Shown: piece after piece, positions 1-8,287 of the stretch | How the letters are laid out: every line of letters starts with the position of its first letter | Numbering within the stretch: position 1 is the first letter of the stretch | Assembly (NCBI GenBank): GCA_963752235.1 | Contig: CAVVXL010000021.1 | Coordinates: 9,133 to 73,132, forward strand | DNA length: 64,000 nt | Direction of reading: 5' to 3' | Origin: an uncultured Acidobacteriota bacterium | GTDB lineage: Bacteria; Acidobacteriota; Thermoanaerobaculia; Multivoradales; UBA5704 | Notes under the pieces: generated by a model | Told to the model about the DNA's origin: nothing | What the model saw: the letters and a program-made list of their open reading frames with translations, nothing else | Database searches by the model: none | Position numbers and translations under genes: made by a program

Positions 1-1129
1 GCTGCGGCCGGTGGTCGCTCCCCCGCCGCTCGGTCTGCCGGGAGAGCTGCGAGAGGGCGATCACCGGGATCTCGAGCTCCTTGGCGAGCTGCTTCAGGCC
101 GCGGCTGATGGCGGCGATCTCGAGGTTGCGGTTCTCGTAGCGCCCGCCTGCCTGCATCAGCTGGAGATAGTCGAGGACGATCAGCGCCAGCCCCCGCTCC
201 GCCTTCAGCCGCCGCGCCTTCGAGGCGACCTCGAGCAGGGTGGGGTTCGGCGAGTCGTCGATGTAGAGCGGCGCGTCGCCGATCGCGCGCACGGTCTGGA
301 TGATCCGCGTCCACTCCTTCTGCGACACCCGGTTCGAGCGCAGGCGCGAGAAGGAGATGTCCGCCTCCGAGCAGAGGATGCGCAGCGCCAGCTCCTGCTG
401 GCTCATCTCGAGCGAGAAGATCCCCACCGTCTTGCGCTCGCGGATCGTCACGTGCTGGCAGACGTTGAGCGCGAAGCTGGTCTTCCCCATGCCGGGACGG
501 CCGGCGATGATCACCAGGTTCCCCTTGTTCAGCCCCTGGCTCGTGCGGTCGAAGTCGACGAAGCCGGTCGGCACCCCGGTCAGCATGGTCCCCGGGCGCT
601 CCTCGAGCTCCTCGAGGGTCGCGTGGAGGACGTTCGACAGCTGCGCGAAACCGCGCTGGATCGCCTCCTCGCCGAGGCCGAGGATCGCCTGCTCGGCCCG
701 TCCCAGCGCCTCCTTCGCCTCGAGGCCGCCGTCCAGGCAGTTCCGGATGATCTGCCCGGAGAGCTGGATCAGCCGCCGGCGCACCGAGCGCTCCTTGACG
801 ATCTCGACGTAGGCGTCGATCCGCCCGATGTCCGGCAGGTCGAGGTCGAGCCCGGTCAGGTAGGCGAGGCCGCCGATCATCACCAGCTGGCTGCGCTGCT
901 CGAGGCGCGCCTGGAGGGTGCGCAGGTCGATCTCCACCTGCTCCTCCTGGAGGTCGAGCATCGCCTGGTAGAGGAGCTGGTGGCGCTCCGAGTAGAAGTC
1001 CTCCGCCCGCAGCCGCCCCGAGATCGTAGGCAGGATCGACGGGTCGAGCAGCACCCCGCCGAGCACCGCGCGCTCCGACTCCTCGCTGTGCGGCAGCGCC
1101 TTCTGTTGTTGGGGGAGGACGTCGATCAT
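1..1129 (-). CDS. dnaB: replicative DNA helicase DnaB (partial, C-terminus lies beyond window start)
   Basis: Minus-strand translation from ATG at 1129 reads MIDVLPQQQKALPHSEESERAVLGGVLLDPSILPTISGRLRAEDFYSERHQLLYQAM (DnaB N-terminal domain). Walker A LVIIAGRPGMGK lies at ~490-530. ORF-track 11..1840(+) is its antisense shadow. Confidence 0.9.
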   Translation of the reverse strand, partial: MIDVLPQQQKALPHSEESERAVLGGVLLDPSILPTISGRLRAEDFYSERHQLLYQAMLDLQEEQVEIDLRTLQARLEQRSQLVMIGGLAYLTGLDLDLPDIGRIDAYVEIVKERSVRRRLIQLSGQIIRNCLDGGLEAKEALGRAEQAILGLGEEAIQRGFAQLSNVLHATLEELEERPGTMLTGVPTGFVDFDRTSQGLNKGNLVIIAGRPGMGKTSFALNVCQHVTIRERKTVGIFSLEMSQQELALRILCSEADISFSRLRSNRVSQKEWTRIIQTVRAIGDAPLYIDDSPNPTLLEVASKARRLKAERGLALIVLDYLQLMQAGGRYENRNLEIAAISRGLKQLAKELEIPVIALSQLSRQTERRGSDHRPQ

Positions 1130-1220
1130 CGGGGGATTCGGAAAGATCTGCAGGATATCAGGGGGGCGTCACCCCCATTCTGCCGCGAGGACGGGAGACG
1201 GCGCAAGCGGTCGGGCTCAA

Positions 1221-1403
1221 CGCGAGCCCGACAGGGCGGCATTCCTGTAGCCCAGGGTGTCAACCCTGGGAATTCGGCGTACCCCGCCGCCCTTATCTCC
1301 CGAGGCCTACCCATCGAGATCGCGGCGAAATACCCGCTCGGCCCTGCGGCCGCCCCAGGGTTGACACCCTGGGCTACAGGAATGCCGCCCTACGGGCTCG
1401 CGA
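1221..1403. repeat. MITE-like inverted-repeat element A, upstream of dnaB
   Basis: Perfect 35-bp IR ggcggcattcctgtagcccagggtgtcaaccctggg (1235-1270) and its reverse complement (1355-1389), ~84-bp spacer. Imperfect extension to ~50-bp arms. Each arm holds an internal palindrome cccaggg/ccctggg. Confidence 0.7.
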
Positions 1404-1849
1404 GGCGGGGTTTGTGGACGCCGTGCCCGCTGTTCCGTACCTTGACGGGCTCCCGACCGCTTGGTTTCCCTCCCGGACCGTCCGTTTCGGCGGCTCGCCG
1501 ACGAGAAAACGGCCCGCTCGACCTTCGCGCGCCTCTCCGCCAGGAAAATTTCTCTCCTCGCAAGCGACGCGCGGCTGCTTCCTCGGCTGAAACGGCTCTC
1601 CGCCGGCTTCCCTGGCTCCCGTTGCGCCTTCCGCCGGTCCGACCGAGACCTCCTCTCTCCTCCCCGGAGGTTCCGCGCTTCCCTTCACCGCCTCGCGCCC
1701 TCGTTTCGAGCGCCGAACCGTCGCGCGAAATGGAAAGCGCCCAGGTTTCAAGTCAGAGGGGACGCTCGCCAAGCCAGCCACCGCTTCGCGCAAGGGAAGT
1801 TTGCCGCCGCACAAGCTTTGCGGGCTCACTGCTAGACTGATGAGCAGCC

Positions 1850-1925
1850 GTTTTTCAGGAGAAACCCCTTGGCGGATGACAGCTTCGACGTCTTCCTGAG
1901 CCACAACAGCCGCGAGAAACCGGCC
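1850..1925 (+). pseudogene. truncated third copy of the TIR-STAND gene 5' end (promoter-proximal region plus first ~17 codons)
   Basis: tttttcaggag..ccttggcggatgacagcttcgacgtcttcctgagccacaacagccgcgagaaaccggcc matches the upstream region and N-terminus (MADDSFDVFLSHNSREKPA) of the genes at 2269 and 4883. Similarity ends abruptly at ~1925 where IR element B begins. Confidence 0.75.
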
Positions 1926-1929
1926 GAGT

Positions 1930-2206
1930 CCCCGCGTGGAATCCGCCGTCCTGCCCTGCGAGGAGACGTCCCGCCGTCCCCGTGGCCTGCAGAGGTTCTC
2001 GTTATGCGCTGGGAACGTCTCTACGGGACGGTTGCCGATCTTGGAGCGACGGCGCGTTTCGGATGGGATCGGTCCCCATGCGGAACCGTCGGAGTCACGA
2101 CAACGTGCCCGTAGAGACGCTCCCAGCGATGAACGAGAACGTGACGCAGGCCACGGGGACGGCGGGACGTCTCTTCGCAGGGCAGGACGCACCGGGATTC
2201 GCGGGG
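1930..2206. repeat. MITE-like inverted-repeat element B (~100-bp imperfect arms, ~79-bp spacer)
   Basis: 1930-2028 versus the reverse complement of 2108-2206, ~88% identical by eye (cccgtagagacg...gcaggccacggggacggcgggacgtctc). Mirrored peptides appear in ORF-track 1936..2214(+) and 2021..2263(-). Confidence 0.75.
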
Positions 2207-2268
2207 CGCCCTGATCTCTGCACCCTCAGGGCTACGCTCAACCGCACCCCTTTTCAGGAGCAACGCCC

Positions 2269-4758
2269 TTGGCGAATAAGACCTTCGACGTCTTCCTGAG
2301 CCACAACAGCCGCGACAAACCCGCGGTGATCGAGATCGCCGAGGCGCTACGGGACCAGCGCCGCCTCAAGGTCTGGCTCGACGCCTGGTGCCTTACTCCG
2401 GGGAGGCCCTGGCAGGAGGAGATCGAAGCCGCCATCCTCACCGTCCGCTCCGCGGCCGTCCTTGTCGGCAAGGACGGGTTGGGCCCCTGGGAGATTCCGG
2501 AGATGCGGGTCTGTCTGGAGCAGGCGATCCACCACCAACTCCCCGTAATCCCCGTCCTGCTTCCGGGCCTTGAGAAGCCCCCTGAGCTCCCTCCATTCCT
2601 GTCGCGGTATACCTGGGTGGACCTCCGCGACGGTCTCACCGAGGGCGGGCTCGATCGCCTCGTTTGGGGGATCAAGAGCAAGAAGCCATCCCCCAAGAAG
2701 ACGGCTCAACGCCAGCCCTCCAAGCCCACCCCCCCTCGCCGGCACAACCTCCCCTTCCCCAGCCTGGGAGACCTCTTCAAAGGCCGCGACGCCGAGCTTC
2801 GCACCTTGAGCGACGGTCCGGCGACCGCGATCACCCAGGCGCAGACGCTCTTTGGGCTGGGCGGCATCGGTAAGACCCGGCTGGCCGTCGAGCACGCCTG
2901 GCGCTCCGGGGACCGGTACGACAAGGCGCTCTTCGTGGTGGCGGAATCGCCGCAGGCGCTCCGCTCCAACCTGGCGCGGCTCTCTCGGCCCAGCCTGCTC
3001 GATCTGCCGCAAATCGAGACGGCCTCCGAAGAGAGCAACGTGGAGGCCGTCCTCGGGTGGTTGCAGCAAAACAACCGGTGGTTGGTGATCCTCGACAACG
3101 TGGACACCCAGGAGGCGGAAAGGGCGGTCCTGGAGATTCTTCCGTCCCTAGCCAGGGGGCGCGTCCTCATCACCTCCCGGCTCCGGGACTGGCCGGCGAG
3201 CGTCCGGAGACAGTCGCTCGAGCTCCTCGGCCCGGAAGAAGCCCAGCGTTTCCTCCTCGAGCGCACGGCCAGCGACCGCGATCGAGCGCAGGCCGATCCG
3301 GAAACTGCCCGCCGGCTGGCCGAGACGCTGGGATACCTTCCTCTCGCGCTGGAACAGGCGTCGGCGTACATCGCCCATCACCAGATGAGCCTCTCCGCCT
3401 ATCTGGAGGAGTGGCAACGCGAGCGGGAGAAGGTCCTGCGCTGGTACAGAGCAGACGTCATGCAATATCCCGCCTCCCTTGCCGTGACCTGGCAAAAGAC
3501 GTTTCAGCAGCTCAGCCCCACGGCCGCGACCATCCTCCGCCTGTCCGCCTACCTCGCGCCCGAGCCCATCCCGGTGGAGATGTTCGAGCAGGAGGCGTCG
3601 ATCGTCGAGGAGTCCGTCCAGGCCTTTTGCGAAGAAACCGGGGTTGAGGCCGGCGATTCATCGATTCAGTCCGCCCTCGCCGATCTCGCCGCCTTCTCGA
3701 TGGCGACCCGCGCCGGGGCGAGCTTCGTGGTCCACCGGATGGTGCAGGAGGTTCTGAGATCCAGCCTTCCCGAAGGGTACCGGCGAGATTGGATCGAGCG
3801 CTCCCTGCGGTTGGTCAACGATTACTCGCCAGACACTCCAAGTGATGTGCGGACTTGGCCGGTGTGGGATCCGTTGCGGCCACATGCGGCGGTCGTCGTT
3901 CAACATGCCGATGCCGCCGCGATCTTTATACCGACAGCTCGCCTCATTGGCAGTTTGTCTCTTCTACTCAAGACAAAATCCTTGTATGACGAAGCTGAGC
4001 GTTTGGTTCGACGCGCGCTCGAGATCAATGAGAGCGCTCTGGGACCTACTCATTCAGAGGTAGCGATCTGCCTCAACAACCTGGCCCTGTTGCTTCACGA
4101 CACCAACTGCCTAGCCGAAGCCGAACCTTTGATGCGGCGCGCTCTCCAGATCGACCAACAAGCTCTCGGTGAAATTCACCCAAACATCGCAAGAGATCTC
4201 AACAACCTGGCTTCGTTGCTTCAGGCCACACACCGCCTGGCCGAAGCCGAACCCTTGATGCGGCGCGCTCTACAGACTTTCGAACAAGTCTTGGGAGAAG
4301 ATCACCCAAGAGTCGCCATAGTTCTCAACAACCTGGCTCAGTTGCTTCAGGGCACCAACCACCTGGCCGAAGCTGAACCCTTGATGCGGCGCGCTCTCCA
4401 GATCGACCAACGAGCCTTCGGTGAAAATCACCCAAGCGTCGCAAGGGATCTCAGCAACCTGGCCCGGTTGCTTCAGGACACCAACCGCCTGGCCGAAGCC
4501 GAGCCCTTGATGTGGCGCGCTCTCCAGATCGACCAACAAGCCCTTGGTAAAAATCACCCAAACGTCGCCATCCGACTCAATAACCTGGCCCGGTTGCTTC
4601 AGGCCACCAACCGCTTGGCCGAAGCCGAGCCCTTGATGCGGCGCGCTCTGGCCGTCTTTGAACAGAGCCTGGGGCCAGAACATCCGAACACCGGGATCGT
4701 GCGAGAGAACCTGGACGCTCTGCTGGCGGAGATCGCCGGGGGATCCTCGCAGGGATGA
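2269..4758 (+). CDS. TIR-NB-ARC-TPR STAND NTPase (bacterial NLR-like), paralog 1
   Basis: N-terminal TIR motif FDVFLSHNSRDK. NB-ARC P-loop GLGGIGKTRLA, Walker-B-like WLVILDNVD, ITSR, GLPLAL motif (LGYLPLAL). C-terminal ~6x 42-aa TPR_10/12-like repeats (NNLAxLLQxTNRLAEAEPLMRRAL). TTG start 8 nt after aggag. Confidence 0.9.
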   Translation: MANKTFDVFLSHNSRDKPAVIEIAEALRDQRRLKVWLDAWCLTPGRPWQEEIEAAILTVRSAAVLVGKDGLGPWEIPEMRVCLEQAIHHQLPVIPVLLPGLEKPPELPPFLSRYTWVDLRDGLTEGGLDRLVWGIKSKKPSPKKTAQRQPSKPTPPRRHNLPFPSLGDLFKGRDAELRTLSDGPATAITQAQTLFGLGGIGKTRLAVEHAWRSGDRYDKALFVVAESPQALRSNLARLSRPSLLDLPQIETASEESNVEAVLGWLQQNNRWLVILDNVDTQEAERAVLEILPSLARGRVLITSRLRDWPASVRRQSLELLGPEEAQRFLLERTASDRDRAQADPETARRLAETLGYLPLALEQASAYIAHHQMSLSAYLEEWQREREKVLRWYRADVMQYPASLAVTWQKTFQQLSPTAATILRLSAYLAPEPIPVEMFEQEASIVEESVQAFCEETGVEAGDSSIQSALADLAAFSMATRAGASFVVHRMVQEVLRSSLPEGYRRDWIERSLRLVNDYSPDTPSDVRTWPVWDPLRPHAAVVVQHADAAAIFIPTARLIGSLSLLLKTKSLYDEAERLVRRALEINESALGPTHSEVAICLNNLALLLHDTNCLAEAEPLMRRALQIDQQALGEIHPNIARDLNNLASLLQATHRLAEAEPLMRRALQTFEQVLGEDHPRVAIVLNNLAQLLQGTNHLAEAEPLMRRALQIDQRAFGENHPSVARDLSNLARLLQDTNRLAEAEPLMWRALQIDQQALGKNHPNVAIRLNNLARLLQATNRLAEAEPLMRRALAVFEQSLGPEHPNTGIVRENLDALLAEIAGGSSQG
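3934..4740 (+). repeat. 126-bp in-frame tandem repeats encoding the TPR array of paralog 1
   Basis: Repeated ctcaacaacctggc...gccgaagccgaacccttgatgcggcgcgctct units. Confidence 0.8.
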
Positions 4759-4882
4759 GAGGCGCTCCCCGCCGTCTCCTTGTGCAGTGCAGCCCCCACC
4801 GAAACAGAATCCCTCCGGCAGACACGACCTTCTGGACGCTACACTCTAGCCTGCAGCCCAGCCTTTTTCAGGAGGAGCCCCC

Positions 4883-7519
4883 TTGGCGGATGACATCTTC
4901 GACGTCTTCCTGAGCCACAACAGCCGCGACAAGCCCGCCGTGATCCGGATCGCGGAGGCGTTGCGCGACCGGCGCGGCCTCAAGGTGTGGCTCGACGTCT
5001 GGGAGCTGCCGCCCGGCCGCCCGTGGCAGGACGCGCTCGAGACGATCCTGCGCACGGTCCGCTCGGCGGCGATCCTGGTCGGGCAGGACGGGCTGGGGCC
5101 GTGGGAGATCCCCGAGATGCGGGCCGCGCTGAACGAGATGGTCCATAGGCAGCTCCCGGTGATCCCCGTCCTCCTACCGGGCGCTCCCCGCTCGCCGGAG
5201 CTCCCCCTCTTCCTGGCGCAGAACACCTGGGTGGACCTCCGCGACGGCCTGACCGAGGAGGGGCTCGACCGGCTGCAATGGGGGATCACCGGCAGGAAGC
5301 CGCCGCTGCGGCCGGTGCCGTACCGCGCGGTCGCGCCGCGCCTCCACAACCTTCCCTTCTCCTCGCTCGGCGACCTCCTCAAGGGGCGCGACGACGAGTT
5401 GCGGAGCCTCGACGCGGGACAGACGACGGCGATCACCCAGGCGCAGACGATCTCGGGGCTCGGCGGCATTGGCAAGACGCGGCTCGCCGTCGAGTACGCC
5501 TGGCGCTCGGGGGAGCGCTACGACGCGGCGTTCTTCGTGGTCGCCGAGTCGCCGCAGGCGCTGCGCGCCAACCTCGCGCACCTCGGGCGGCCGGAGCTGC
5601 TCAATCTTCCGGAGCACGGGGCGGCGGCGGCCGAGCAGAGCCTCGCGGCCGTGCTGCGCTGGCTGCGCGAGCACGACCGCTGGCTGCTGATCCTCGACAA
5701 CGTCGACACCCCGGAGGCGCAGGCCGCAGTGATGGAGATCCTGCCGTCGCTCTCGACCGGCCGCGTCCTCATCACCTCGCGCATCCGCGATTGGGCGCCG
5801 GTCGTCGACCGCCAGCTCCTCGAGCGGCTCGGGCCGGACGAGGCGCGGCGCTATCTCCTCGACCGCACCGCCGGCGACCGCATCCCCGCCGCCGACGACC
5901 GCGAGCTGGCCGGTCGGCTCGCCGACAAGCTCGGCGGCCTGCCGCTCGCCCTCGCCCAGGCCGCCGCCTACATCGCCCACTACCAGACGAGCTTCGCCGA
6001 CTACCTCCAGACCTGGCAGAAGGAGCGCGACGAAGTCCTCACCTGGCACGACCCCGCCGTGATGCAGTACCCCGCCTCGGTCGCCGCGACCTGGCAGACG
6101 ACCTTCCGCCAGCTCTGTCCGATGGCGACCGCCGTGCTCCGCCTCGCCGCCTTCCTGGCGCTCGATCCCATCCCGGTCGAGATCTTCGAGCAGGGGGAAG
6201 CGCTGGTCTCCGAGGCGGTGGGGCTGCTCGGCGAGGAGGCCTCGGCGACCGGCGGGCCGGCGGGCGAGACGACCCTGAAGGATGCGATCGCCAGCCTCGC
6301 CGCCTGTTCGCTGGTGACGCGGAAGGGGACGAGCTTCACGGTGCACCGCATGGTGCAGGAGGTGCTGCGGGCGGGGATTCCGCAGCGGCGGCGGCGCGAC
6401 TGGATCGAGCGCTCGCTGCGCCTGGTCGTCGCCTTCTGCCCCGCGGAGTCGGACGACGTCCGCACCTGGCAGGTCTGGGACCTCCTGCGCCCGCACGCGA
6501 CGCGGATCCTCGGCTTCGCGGACCGCGAGGGGATCCATCATCCCACCTCGGAGCTGATGAGCCGCCTCGCCCTCCTCTACTTCAGCAAGGGGCTCTCCGG
6601 CGAGGCGGAGCCGTTGATGCGGCGGGCGCTCGAGATCGAGGAGAGCTGCTTCGGCCCGCAGGACCCCAACGTCGCCAGCCGCCTCAACAACCTCGCGCTC
6701 CTCCTCCAGGACACCAACCGCCTCGCCGAAGCCGAGCCCCTGCTGCGCCGTGCCCTGCGCATCGACGAGCGCGCCTACGGCCCGCGCCACCCCGACGTCG
6801 CCCGCGACCTCAACAACCTCGCCCAGCTCCTCCAGGACACCGGCCGCCCCGCCGACGCCGAGCCGCTGCTGCGCCGCGCTCTGGAGATCGACGAGCGCGC
6901 CTTCGGACCGAGCCACCCCAACGTCGCCATCCGCCTCAACCACCTCGCCCGCCTCCTCCAGGCGACCCACCGTCTCGCCGACGCCGAGCCGCTGATCCGG
7001 CGGGCCCTGGAGATCGACGAGGCCGCCTTCGGCCCGCAGCACCCCGAAATCGCCATCGACCTCAACAACCTCGCCCAGCTCCTCCAGGCCACCGGCCGCC
7101 TCGCCGAGGCCGAGCCCCTCCTGCAACGGGCCCTCGCGATCGACGAGGCCGCCTGCGGCCCGCAGCACCCGAACGTCGCCATCCGTCTCAACAACCTCGC
7201 CCGCCTGCTCAGCGCCGCCCACCGCCTCGCCGACGCCGAGCCCCTGATGCGCCGCGCCCTCGACATCGACGAGCACACCCTCGGCGCCCACCATCCCGAC
7301 GTCGCCCTCGTGCTCAACAACCTCGCGCTGCTGCTGGAGGAAACCCAGCGTCCGCACGAAGCGGAGCCGCTGATGCGGCGGGCGGTCGAGATCTTCGAGC
7401 AGAGCCTGGGGGTGGATCATCCGAAGACGCGAACGGCGCGGAAGAATCTGACGGCGCTGTGCAAGGCGAATGTCTGCGCGGAGGCGGGGGTGGCCGTCCT
7501 GCCGAATGAAACCTATTGA
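4883..7519 (+). CDS. TIR-NB-ARC-TPR STAND NTPase (bacterial NLR-like), paralog 2
   Basis: MADDIFDVFLSHNSRDKPAV TIR. GLGGIGKTRLAVEYAW P-loop. LLILDNVD. LGGLPLALAQAAAYIA GLPL motif. ~7 TPR repeats. TTG start after aggagg. Same architecture as 2269..4758. Confidence 0.9.
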   Translation: MADDIFDVFLSHNSRDKPAVIRIAEALRDRRGLKVWLDVWELPPGRPWQDALETILRTVRSAAILVGQDGLGPWEIPEMRAALNEMVHRQLPVIPVLLPGAPRSPELPLFLAQNTWVDLRDGLTEEGLDRLQWGITGRKPPLRPVPYRAVAPRLHNLPFSSLGDLLKGRDDELRSLDAGQTTAITQAQTISGLGGIGKTRLAVEYAWRSGERYDAAFFVVAESPQALRANLAHLGRPELLNLPEHGAAAAEQSLAAVLRWLREHDRWLLILDNVDTPEAQAAVMEILPSLSTGRVLITSRIRDWAPVVDRQLLERLGPDEARRYLLDRTAGDRIPAADDRELAGRLADKLGGLPLALAQAAAYIAHYQTSFADYLQTWQKERDEVLTWHDPAVMQYPASVAATWQTTFRQLCPMATAVLRLAAFLALDPIPVEIFEQGEALVSEAVGLLGEEASATGGPAGETTLKDAIASLAACSLVTRKGTSFTVHRMVQEVLRAGIPQRRRRDWIERSLRLVVAFCPAESDDVRTWQVWDLLRPHATRILGFADREGIHHPTSELMSRLALLYFSKGLSGEAEPLMRRALEIEESCFGPQDPNVASRLNNLALLLQDTNRLAEAEPLLRRALRIDERAYGPRHPDVARDLNNLAQLLQDTGRPADAEPLLRRALEIDERAFGPSHPNVAIRLNHLARLLQATHRLADAEPLIRRALEIDEAAFGPQHPEIAIDLNNLAQLLQATGRLAEAEPLLQRALAIDEAACGPQHPNVAIRLNNLARLLSAAHRLADAEPLMRRALDIDEHTLGAHHPDVALVLNNLALLLEETQRPHEAEPLMRRAVEIFEQSLGVDHPKTRTARKNLTALCKANVCAEAGVAVLPNETY
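6542..7450 (+). repeat. 126-bp in-frame tandem repeats encoding the TPR array of paralog 2
   Basis: Near-identical units encoding LNNLAxLLQxTxRLAxAEPLxRRALxIDExAxGPxHPxVA. Confidence 0.8.
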
Positions 7520-7544
7520 ACCGCGGCGTTCCAGAATCAAAAAG

Positions 7545-7625
7545 GCAGACGGGGGCGTCGAGACGATCGTTCATCCCCCGTCTGCAAGAGATGGCCGGAA
7601 CCGGGGTGTCGCTCCCGGTTCCTTG
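7545..7625. terminator. two GC-rich stem-loops between convergent genes (TIR-STAND paralog 2 and crp-like)
   Basis: cagacggggg-N19-cccccgtctg, and ggaaccggg-N8-cccggttcc. Confidence 0.4.
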
Positions 7626-7680
7626 GGGCGACTGTAAAACCCTTGCGAAACGCGAGCGGTGCGAAATCGCACGTTTGGCG

Positions 7681-8277
7681 TCAAGCCAAGGCGAGCGCCA
7701 AGGGGCCCTCCCGCTCCTCCTCTTCCACCGCCGGTCGCACGCAATACCGCTCGCCGCGGCCGGTGCGCACCGCGAGGAGCAATCCCTTCCGGCAAAGACG
7801 GCTGAGCAATCGCGAGACCGTCGTCCGCGTGGCGCCTACGGCCGTGGCGAGCTGGGCTTGCGTGATCGGCACGTCGATCAGCAATCCCTCCCGCGTCGCG
7901 CGGCCGAATTGATCACCGAGCAGCGACAGAATCCCGAACAGTCGCTGCTCGATGTGCGGCCGCGCCTGCATGGCGGCCCAGGCTTCCATCGAGCGCAGAC
8001 GGTTGCGCAACCGATCGGCGAAGCCCGCCCTCTGCACGGCTTCGGCCCAGGGCTCGACTCGCACCGTCGCCGCGGTCTGCGCGGAGAGCTCGACGCAGCC
8101 GGATGCCTCGGGGTGGCCGGCGAGGATCTGGCCGGTGCCGTAGAGGCCGAGGAGGACCTCGGCGCCGTCCGCGTGGAGCATGGTGAGGGCCACCACGCCG
8201 TCGACGACTTCGAGCACGTTGTCGGGATCGAGCACGATCCTCTCCCCCATGCGGTACCAACGCTGGAGCACGCTCAT
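7681..8277 (-). CDS. Crp/Fnr-family transcriptional regulator
   Basis: cNMP-binding-like N-terminal region. C-terminal HTH ITQAQLATAVGATRTTVSRLLSRLCRKGLL. Starts 8 bp downstream of the TBDR stop on the same strand. Confidence 0.8.
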   Translation of the reverse strand: MSVLQRWYRMGERIVLDPDNVLEVVDGVVALTMLHADGAEVLLGLYGTGQILAGHPEASGCVELSAQTAATVRVEPWAEAVQRAGFADRLRNRLRSMEAWAAMQARPHIEQRLFGILSLLGDQFGRATREGLLIDVPITQAQLATAVGATRTTVSRLLSRLCRKGLLLAVRTGRGERYCVRPAVEEEEREGPLALALA

Positions 8278-8287
8278 CGGCTGCCCT

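Noticed and set aside
11-1840. 609-aa plus-strand ORF at window start
   Set aside because: Antisense of dnaB. The minus strand gives an unmistakable DnaB sequence with Walker A.
5174-7540. 788-aa minus-strand ORF and the 743-aa ORF 5278..7509(+) overlapping the second TIR-STAND gene
   Set aside because: Alternate-frame and antisense shadow ORFs typical of ~70% GC DNA. Translations are Arg/Gly/Pro/Ala low-complexity with no motifs.
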